This document shows positions 54,645 to 64,000 of a stretch of DNA of 64,000 nucleotides, piece by piece (position 1 is the first letter of the stretch; the number at the start of each line of letters is the position of its first letter). Position numbers and translations under genes: made by a program. The notes below the pieces were generated by a model that made no database searches, was not told where the DNA came from, and worked only from the letters and a program-made list of their open reading frames with translations. The stretch comes from Heptranchias perlo (Eukaryota): contig NC_090357.1 of assembly GCF_035084215.1 (NCBI RefSeq), positions 9,052,001 to 9,116,000 of the forward strand. Reading direction: 5' to 3'.

Positions 54645-56043
54645 TTTTTATTCGTTCATGGGATGTGGGCATCGCTGGCGAGGCCGGCATTTATTGCCCA
54701 TCCCTAATTGCCCTTGAGAAGGTGGTGGTGAGCCGCCTTCTTGAACCGCTGCAGTCTGTGTGGTGAAGGTTCTCCCACAGTTCTGTTAGGAAGGGAATTC
54801 CAGGATTTTGACCCAGCGACGATGAAGGAACGGCGATATATTTCCAGGTCGGGATGGTGTCTGACTTGGAAGGGAACGTGCAGGTGGTGTTGTTCGCATG
54901 TACCTGCTGCTCTTGTCCTTCTAGGTGGTAGAGGTCGCGGGTTTGGGAGGTGCTGTCGAAGAAGCCTTGCCGAGTTGCTGCAGTGCATCCTGTGGATGGT
55001 ACACACTGCAGCCACTGTGCGCCGGTGGTGAAGGGAGTGAATGTTTAGGGTGGTGGATGGGGTGCCAATCAAGCAGGTTGCTTTGTCCTGGATGGTGTCG
55101 AGCTTCTTGAGTGTTGTTGGAGCTGCACTCATCCAGGCAAGTGGAGAGCATTCCATCACACTCCTGACTTGTGCCTTGTAGATGATGGAAAGGCTTTGGG
55201 GAGTCAGGAGGTGAGTCACTTGCCGCAGAATACCCAGCCTCTGACCTGCTCTTGTAGCCACAGTATTTATATGGCTGGTCCAGTTAAGTTTCTGGTCAAT
55301 GGTGACCCCCAGGATGTTGATGGTGGGGGATTCGGCGATGGTAATGCCATTGAATGTCAAGGGGAGGTGGTTAGACTCTCTCTTGTTGGAGATGGCCATT
55401 GCCAGGCACTTGTCTGGCGTGAATGTTACTTGCTACGTATGAGCCCAAGTCTGGATGTTGTCCAGGTCTTGCTGCATGCGAGCTTGGACTGCTTCATTAT
55501 TTGAGGGGTTGCGAATGGAACTGAACACTGTGCAATCATCAGCGAACATCCCCATTTCTGACCTTATGATGGAGGGAAGGTCATTGATGAAGCAGCTGAA
55601 GATGGTTGGGCCTAGGACACTGCCTTGAGGAACTCCTGCAGCAATGCCCTGGGGCTGAGATGATTGGCCTCCAACAACCACTACCATCTTCCTTTGTGCT
55701 AGGTATGACTCCAGCCACTGGAGAGTTTTCCCCCTGATTCCCATTGACTTCAACTTTACTAGGGCTCCTTGGTGCCACACTCGGTCAAATGCTGCCTTGA
55801 TGACAAGGGCAGTCACTCTCACCTCACCTCTGGAATTCAGCTCTTTTGTCCATGTTTGGACCAAAGCTGTAATGAGGTCTGGAGCCGAGTAGTCCTGGCG
55901 GAACCCAAACTGAGCATCAGTGAGCAGGTTATTGGTGAGTAAGTGCTGCTTGATAGCACTGTCGACGACACCTTCCATCACTTTGCTGATGATTGAGAGT
56001 AGACTGATGGGGCAGTAATTGGCTGGATTGGATTTGTCCTGGA
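54645..56043 (-). mobile_element. CR1/L2-group LINE fragment with RT domain (degenerate)
   Basis: ORFs contain NYCPISLLSIISKVME, AAFDRVWHQ, GVPQGSVLGPTIFSCFINDL, FADD and LGVTIDQKLNW. The reading frame is broken near 55430. Confidence 0.9.
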
Positions 56044-56665
56044 TCTTGTGTTGCAAACAATGTAAAGCGGTTCTGATGAATCACTCTACACTGATCAAAA
56101 TGCAATTCATTCCCTTCCTCTTCCACAGTCAGTGACTCATTTTAAGGTACAGTTCCATGTTACCTCTCGCAAGTATTCATTCTTTATGCGCAAGTCCACG
56201 GGGTGAGTGTCGGCAGGTATCGGGAGCATCACAGCTAATGCCAATCCAGTCCAGACTTCATGTGCACACAGGTGCGCTTTCCATTAAGTGTCACAGGACT
56301 TGGAACTCTAGCCAATAATTCCCCCTCATTGGTCCAAGGGTACTGAAGTCATCCAGAGCACCTCATTCATTCATGGACTGAATGTGAGATCTGCCTGGTC
56401 TGTGTAGCTCAATACCTTGTGAGTTTCACTCCCTAGGCAATGGGATGTAGAGCAAATCAATGTATGGTTTGAGCTCATAATCCAGATTGACAATCCAGTG
56501 CATTACTGAGGCAATGTTGCACTTTTGAAGGTGTTGTCCTTCGGATGAGATGTTAAACTGAGGTCCTGTCTGTTGGTTGTAGTGAATTCTAGGCTTCCAT
56601 GGTGCTATCTGAAGAGAAGCAGGGATTCATCCCAATGTCCTGAGCAACACTTCTCCCTCAACCCT

Positions 56666-57605
56666 TCGTCGTCCAGTACTTCTCCGGAGCGGAGAAACTA
56701 CGCCATGTTCTCCGCAGCCTTCAACATGTCATCAATGATGACGAACACCTCGCTATGGCCATCCCCACACCTCCACTACTCGCCTTTAAACAGCCACCCA
56801 ACCTCAAACAAACCATCGTTCGCAGCAAATTACCCAGCTTTCAGGAGAACAGCGTCCACGACACCACACAACCCTGCCACGGTAACCTCTGCAAGACATG
56901 CCAGATCATCGACACAGATACCACCATCACACGAGAGGACACCACCCACCAGGTGCACGGTTTATACTCCTGTGACTCGGCCAACGTTGTCTACCTCATA
57001 CGTTGCAGGAAAGGATGCCCCAGAGCATGGTACATTGGCGAGACCATGCAGACGCTGCGACAACGGATGAACGGACACCGCGCAACAATCGCCAAACAGG
57101 AGGGTTCTCTCCCTGTCGGGGAACACTTCAGCAGTCAAGGACATTCAGCCACCGACCTTCGGGTAAGCATACTCCAAGGCGGCCTTCGAGACACACGACA
57201 ACGCAAAATCGTCGAGCAGAAATTGATAGCCAAGTTCTGCACCCATGAGGATGGCCTCAACCGGGATCTTGGGTTCATGTCACACTACACGTAACCCCAC
57301 CAGCGAACAAATGTTATCTGTTTTTAATACAACGGGTCATTGACTGTCTTCCTTCTCTCTCTCTTTTTTTTGGGGGGTTTGTATATTCGGTGGCCTTTTA
57401 GGTGACACCTTTCTGTCTGCTCACTGTGATTGCCTTGGCAACGGGCAGTAATCACCAGGCATTGTTCTGTGATTTTCAAATGCGAAGGATTCGAAAATTT
57501 CATTTCCATACCGTTCACCTGAGGAAGGAGGAAGCCTTCGAAAGCTTGTGGAATTTAAAATAAATTTGTTGGACTATAACTTGGTGTTGTAAAATTGTTT
57601 ACAAG
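56666..57605 (+). mobile_element. Penelope-like element 3' portion with GIY-YIG endonuclease and pLTR
   Basis: ORF 56755-57294: PPLLAFKQPPNLKQTIVRS...CKTC...CDSANVVYLIRCRKGC...YIGETMQTLRQRMNGHR...VGEHF...GLNRD. It is inserted in a SINE. Confidence 0.9.
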
Positions 57606-57948
57606 TATCAGAAAAAACAGATTAACTGGTCACTCATTTCAGTAAAACAAAAGCAAAATACTGTGGATGCTGGAAATCTGAAATAAAAACAGACCGCAGG
57701 AACTGGAGTGCATAATAGTTGCTGATAAATACTACTACGATTTAATTTGCTAAGTTGGCTTTTGTAATTGATCCATGAAGATGACATGGGTTGCCCCACT
57801 TTCATCAACAAAGAAACAATTTTACACCTTTTTAAGAGGCATAACTAAAAAAAAATTACATTTTTAAAAAAAGAAATAAAAATGCTCGAAACATTCAGCA
57901 GGTCAGGCAGCATCTGTGGAGCGAGAAACAGAGTGAACGTTTCAGGTC

Positions 57949-58850
57949 ATAGGAACATAGAAACATAGGAACAGGAGTAGGCCATTCAGCCCCTCGTGCC
58001 TGCTCCGCCATTTGATAAGATCATGGCTGATCTGTGATCTAACTCCATATACCCGCCTTTGGCCCATATTCCTTAATACCTTTGGTTGCCAAAAAGCTAT
58101 CTATCTCAGATTTAAATTGAGCAATTGAGCTAGTATCAATTGCCGTTTGCGGAAGAGTTCCAAACTTCTACCACCCTTTGTGTGTAGAAATGTTTTCTAA
58201 TCTCGCTCCTGAAAGGTCTGGCTCTAATTTTTAGACTGTGCCCCCTACTCCTAGAATCCCCAACCAGTGGAAATAGTTTCTCTCTATCCACCCTATCCGT
58301 TCCCCTTAATATCTTATAAACTTCGATCAGATCACCCCTTAACCTTCGAAACTCCAGAGAATACAACCCCAATTTGTGTAATCTCTCCTCGTAACTTAAC
58401 CCTTGAAGTCCGGGTATCATTCTAGTAAACCTTCGCTGCACTCCCTTTTTTTCCCAAAAAATATACCTTATTCATAAAATTTGTAGCAAAAACATACAAT
58501 ACAGTTGTCATATCACATTCCAAACGTACACAATACAGATTATACAATTTGCAGGTTAAATCAAGTACAGTTCAATAAACACATTGTGCATAATTACAGT
58601 TCATGACACTCTGGGGTGTCTCATTGCATTATACTCAATACAGATTATTGATTACAGATTCATCACAGGTACATTACAGATTCATTACAGGTACATTACA
58701 GCAATTTGAATTTTACATTCTGCCCGGGTTTTTTTTTTCCCTGATTGCAGCCCCTCGATATACAATGGCGGGAAGGCTCTAAATGGTTGCACTCCCTCCA
58801 AGGCCAATATGTCCTTCCGAAGGTGCGGTGCCCAGAACCGCTCACAGTAG
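57949..58850 (-). mobile_element. CR1 LINE 3' fragment interrupted by an L1-type 3' tail (58447-58787, TSD TGCACTCCCT)
   Basis: [47 protein letters not shown] and a (TTCCTATG)n tail. The TSD lies at 58437-58446 and 58788-58797. Confidence 0.88.
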
Positions 58851-58921
58851 TCACGATGACCTTTCATCAGCACTCTATTTGTTGGTGGGACTTTGCACAG
58901 AATGCCAGCCTACAGAGCACT

Positions 58922-59415
58922 TTTTTTCTTTTTTTCTTCTTTTTTTCCTCTAAATTAGGCCCCCCTTTTATAAGAAGGGGGGGGTGCGGGGTGTGCTTAA
59001 CAACTAAAAACCAAACAAACCAAAACCAAGTGTTTTTTTTTCTCTTTTTTTTTAGGTTTTTTTTTCCTCTAAATTAGGCCCCCCTTTTATAAGGGGGGGA
59101 GGTGTGGGGTGTGCTTAACAACTAAAAACCAAACAAACCAAAACCAAGTGTTCAAATCAAAATGTTATTATCCTCGTTCAGGATGCACTCCAGCCCCTGC
59201 GGTGCCCACCGGTCGCGGAAAGCCTCAAGCGTACCGGCAGACACCGCGTGCTCCATCTCCAGGGCCACCCGGGCGCGGAGCAACCCGCGAAAGAGAGGCA
59301 GACAGGCCGAGCGCCCGCCCCCGCGGGCCGCGAGCATCCTGGACCTGCGGATAGCCACCTTGGACAGGCCCAGGAGCAGGCCCACGAGGACGTCCACCGA
59401 CCTGCCCGCCCCCCT
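58922..59415 (-). mobile_element. Same L1/Tx1 family, short 3' fragment with duplicated 3'UTR and 13-bp TSD
   Basis: Encodes GAGRSVDVLVGLLLGLSKVA...[18 protein letters not shown], nearly identical to the 51233 copy. The TSD CCTACAGAGCACT lies at 58909-58921 and 59416-59428. Confidence 0.88.
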
Positions 59416-59539
59416 CCTACAGAGCACTCAGTGCAATTGATTTGTGTGAAATGTTTCAAGATGCCTCCTTGACCATGTGATGTACAAGCTGCTCCTTTAA
59501 GGGGGAGGAGGGGGGGGAGGGGCAGGTGCGCGCGGTGCG

Positions 59540-59605
59540 CTCTGGGAGTTGTAGGCGCTCTATTGCGCAGCTGCGGGGAGGGGGGAGGGACTACATTTCC
59601 CAGCG
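59540..59605. promoter_or_regulatory. TRAPPC4 promoter with two opposed ZNF143/SBS motifs
   Basis: CTGGGAGTTGTAG at about 59542-59554 (reverse complement CTACAACTCCCAG) and GGACTACATTTCCCAGC at about 59588-59604 match ACTACAnnTCCCA. The context is CpG-rich. Confidence 0.75.
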
Positions 59606-59633
59606 TTCCCCCCCCCCCGCGCGCGGCGCAGTG

Positions 59634-62600
59634 ATGGTGGTTTTCAGCGTCTATGTGGTGAATAAGGCCGGCGGCCTGGTTTACCAGTACGACAACTACT
59701 CGCCCCGCTCCGACGTGGAGAAGACCTTCAGCTACCCGCTGGACCTGGTGCTGAAGGTGTACGACGAGCGGGTGGTGGTGGCTTTCGGTCAGAGGGACGG
59801 TATCAAAGGTGAGGGCAGGCCGGGGAACAGAGCGCTGATGGCGGCGGCGGCTGCTGCTAGGAAACGTCCCCCGTACGACTGGGGCCTAGCCCAGGCAATT
59901 GGGCGTTGAAGTGACACAGAAAAAGAGGTTTTAAACAATGCCCCTGGCTGTTGCTTTTACAGCAGCTATTGTCAAGTTGACATTCACAACTGTGAGTCAG
60001 TCAGACGTTCATACATCTTAGAAAGAAAATGGTACATTGCATTTCATTAATTATCCTTTAGCCGTCACATATCTCTAATAGATTCCAAGATTTCTTTTAA
60101 AAAATCTGTCAAGGGTGGGTGGAACTTGAGATGGAAATTGGGAAGATGTGTCAGTGCCAAGTCTCCATCATCATCATCATCAACAACCCAACCCAACCCA
60201 ACCCACAGATGGAGCTCTGCATCTGTAGCGATAGATTTGAGTTAGTTTGGACATAAGTGTTTGGATTGTTTAATGTATAGTAATGGTAATATTGCACCGA
60301 GACCTGAATCTGTATCTAGGCTTTGTGTGTTTGGGTATTTTAGTTGTTTGCGAGGAAGCAGCTCTATTAAATACTTGCTCTATTTTTATGGATTGTTCCT
60401 TTCTCTCCTGAAGGTGCTGACTTGTCGGTTTGCTCCATGGGTGTCATTTGCTTTCTAGTTCCCCATTGCAGTGGTTGTCTTCATGGATGAGTCTAGACTT
60501 TCTATGTCAGTGTGGCATCACGACCAGTGTCAGTTCCTGTCCTTGCCTAACATTCACACATATGTATTTCCAGCAGCGGCATTGGATATTAATCAGCAGT
60601 AGTTCACTCTCCCTGCCCCCAATTCAGAGGCACTGAGGCCAGTTTTAGCTACTGCCACCCTACTGAGCTCAGCAAACTCAGTACAAACTGGGGAGCAAAA
60701 CAGATGTAACTTTTTTTGCCTTCATTCCCCGCTCCTCCAATGAATGGGTATCAGGAGGGATACAAATGGGCTCTGGGGATAAATGGCAAAACAGAGTGGA
60801 GGAAGATGTTGTGATGAGATGTTAAACCGAGGCCTGTCCGCCTGTTCAGGTGGCTGTAATACATCTCATGCCATCTCATTTGAAGAATAATAAGGAGTCT
60901 GCCAGTGTCCTGGCCAACGTTTATCCCAAAACTGACATCACTTTAAAAAAAAATTGGTCATTATCTCATTGCTGTTTGTGGGACCTTTTGCTGTGCACTA
61001 ATTAGCTGCCACATTTGCGAATGTAACAACGGTGAGTACACTTCAGAAGTTATTAATTGACTGAAGTGCTTTGGGACATCTGAAGATATAAAAGGTGCCA
61101 TATAAATACAAGTTTGTTCTTTCTATAAATGTAAGTTCTTCTGCATCAGCACAGCTGTAAGACCTAGCACTCTATTTCTCTTGAGTTTTTCCATGTACCA
61201 AGCACCTGTCATGGTCAAGAGGAGTCCTACATTTATGTAAATGTAACTTTAATTTTACAGTTCAAATGTAGATTTTGTTACTGTTCATACCAGCAAGCCA
61301 CATGGTAATTATTCTTAAAAGTACTTCTGCTGGCTGCAGAATTTTAAACTATTTTTACTGACCTGTGAGTCTAACTATTTGTGTGTTTAAGCTTTGAATA
61401 CTATTGCTTTGGTGTTTCAATTTTACATTCTTTCTGCTTTTTTCCCAGTCGGATATGCTGTGCTTTCAATTAATGGGATTGATGTAAATGGAAGGTACAT
61501 GACTGATAACAGGGACGTGATGGAGTATCTGAATACCTCTTTCAATTACCCTTTGGCAATTCGCTTTGGACGTCCTCGTCTGACGTCGAATGAGAAATTA
61601 ATGTTGGCATCCATGTTTCATTCGTAAGTTTTGTAACAGCAAAAAAAACCTGATTTTTAGAATTGCTGGTGTTTCACATGGACAGTGAGATGAATGGTCG
61701 GATAATCTGTTTTCTTTTGGTACTGGTTGACGGAAGAATGCTGGCCAGGACACCCAGAGAAACACCAGCTCTTTTTCAAGTAATAGGATGAGATCTTTAC
61801 TATCTATCTGGACTATGGTACTTGGGATGCATTTTCTTGTTACTCTGCTGGTGGTTGTTATACTATTTTGTTGTATTTTTGGCCCCCTAAAAATTAGCCT
61901 CTTAGTTCAAATAATTATAGATTTGGTGAGCCCTGTCTTCAGCACCTGGAATTTTGAAAATAGGACTGTTACAGGTCACAAAATAGGTTTGAATGAGGAA
62001 GGCCCTTCTGTCCATTTGATCTTAGTCTTCTAGAATACCTGCTCCCCTGTTTTCCTGTTAAAGCCTTAATGTCCATCTCAACATGTAGGACCTCTGTTTC
62101 ATATCTCGTCCGAAGGATAATGCCTCCAAAAGTGCAACACTTCCTCAGTGCTGCACTAGAATGCCAGCCTAGATTATACACTTGGGCCCTGATATGGGGC
62201 TCAAACTTTCCACCTTCTGACCAGAAGTGAGAGTGCTGCCCTTTGAGTGGTAGTATGTCCATCTAACCCTACAATTACCCACTGGCTCCATTATCAGTCT
62301 CAACTGTGCCTCTTGAGAAGACCAGGCACTTCCCCAGACAGCCAGTTACCTCAATTTGTTCTTGTGTAGCAGCATTGATGGAGGTCTGAGAGCAAGTTTC
62401 TAGCCCATTCTTACCCCTGAAGAAGATGCAGTGAGATGTCTTTATTAAACTGCCAAAGTAAAGAGTGATGTTAGCTGGAAACAACAATGACTGTTATGAA
62501 TTTGTCACTTTAAGAGGACTTGTTGCATCTCCGATGGTGGTGACCGAGGGTTAATTTGAATGCTGTGAGAAGCATGTGCTGATAATTGAATGTTGCCATT

Positions 62601-63694
62601 GTCCCAAGTCCAGTGAAAAGGAACAATAGAGTCAAGGAAGTAATTTAATCTAAAGTTTCCCTTGATCTCCATAAAGCTTTTTTTTAATATATATATATAT
62701 ATACTTTACTATTGCTCAAGTGTTAGAGTCGGGATAGACACTGTGCTGAAAGTTAGTGCACTATTGCTCAGTGTTCAGAGTGGGGATAGACAGGAAGTTG
62801 AAACCCACTCTGCTCACTTTTTGATCTGAGCCATATTGAGTGTGGAGGCACAGAGCGGAGGCTGCACTGTCTCCCAGCAGAAGGAAAGGAAAGGCATCCC
62901 TGCGTAGTCCCCTGGAATGTCCTGGTGACTGTCTGCAGGAGGCATTGGCAGTGTGTGCGATCAGGCTGTGTGCTCACCCTCTCAGCTGCACAGGTGTCAG
63001 GCCAGGCAGATGCAAACATTCACATGGAGATCTGTTGGGAAATGCACAACTGTCAGGATTGGAAGGAAAAACTACAAATGTTGAAAATCTGAAATAAAGA
63101 CAGAAAATACTGGAAACAGAGAGCCGGTGCAGCAGCACTTGACAAAAGATTGGTTAATGTTTCAGATAAAGAACCTTTATCAGGGCCAACAAAGGGTCTC
63201 CACCTGAAATGTTAACTTGTCTTTTCAGATGCTGACCTGTGAACTTCCAGCATTTTATTTTAACTTTTCAGGGCTGACCATCTACACTGAGGCTCCAGGT
63301 ATCCCCACTGTTGAAATTCCTGACCATATCGACACTGCAGCTGGGATCAGTTTGGAAGTACAAAGTGAAGAAACTACATGACACAGACACAATTTGTGCT
63401 TAGTAACGTTTCAATTTTAAAAAAAAATGAGTGTGCACATTCTTTACAAATTATATTTGGAATTGAGACCCTAAAATGATTCTACTGGCACTTGGAAGTA
63501 ATGGCCTCTGCCTTTACATTTTGGGGCTTTTTGAAGGATATTGTACTGTACACATATCAGACCCAAAATAAGTTCTGTTTATATTCTCAGGTTGTTTGCA
63601 ATTGGTTCCCAGTTGTCACCAGAGCCAGGAAGTTCTGGAATAGAAGTGCTGGAAACTGACACCTTCAAACTGCATTGTTTCCAAACACTGACAG
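59634..63694 (+). CDS. TRAPPC4: Trafficking protein particle complex subunit 4 (synbindin), exons 1-3; the gene continues beyond the window
   Basis: Exons 59634-59808 ([20 protein letters not shown]...FGQRDGIK), 61449-61623 ([15 protein letters not shown]...[21 protein letters not shown]), 63591-63694 ([34 protein letters not shown]). All are GT-AG and in phase. Confidence 0.97.
60815..61120 (+). mobile_element. DeuSINE copy
   Basis: Same block. Confidence 0.65.
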
Positions 63695-64000
63695 GTGAGT
63701 AACATAGCAGAACATTTCCTATTTCTGAAGCTTCATACTATTTCATCCATGTTCCCTTTCTCCATAATATAGAAAGGATAATGTGATTACATTGTTGGGC
63801 CAGGGCATCTGCTTCGTTCTCCCTACTTCACCACCTCCCATTACACAAGGTGGTTGAGAATGAAAACCAGTCTTATTTATGATTTCCATTCTGACTGGAT
63901 TCCCAATAAAATACCCCAGTAATTCTTGTAGCATTGTCCTGGAGGTTTATTATTGATGTTCTGAAGTTCCTCTTTAAAGTGAGTTATTCTGACTCTGTGT

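Overview
Intron-rich vertebrate genomic DNA. The repeat content (DeuSINE/AmnSINE1-like SINEs, CR1/L2 LINEs, Penelope, Tx1/L1) suggests a cartilaginous fish, which is an inference. Four spliced genes were reconstructed by hand from splice sites and translation. (1) A minus-strand TPR gene resembling the TTC3 N-terminus, from about 25.8 kb running off the left end. (2) A complete CCDC84/CENATAC on +, 28801-44150, 11 exons. (3) A complete RPS25 on -, 46391-51048. (4) The first three exons of TRAPPC4 on +, from 59634. The CCDC84-RPS25-TRAPPC4 order matches human 11q23.3. Most ORFs in the supplied track are spurious or derive from transposons. Highlights: CENATAC intron 5 carries competing U2- and U12-type signals, and minor-spliceosome use would create a premature stop, making it a candidate feedback sensor. 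A 24-copy minisatellite of DMRT/Dsx consensus sites lies just upstream of a divergent TTC3-like gene. The RPS25/TRAPPC4 head-to-head promoter region is pushed apart by about 8 kb of nested retroelements, including a 3' transduction and Penelope hammerhead motifs.
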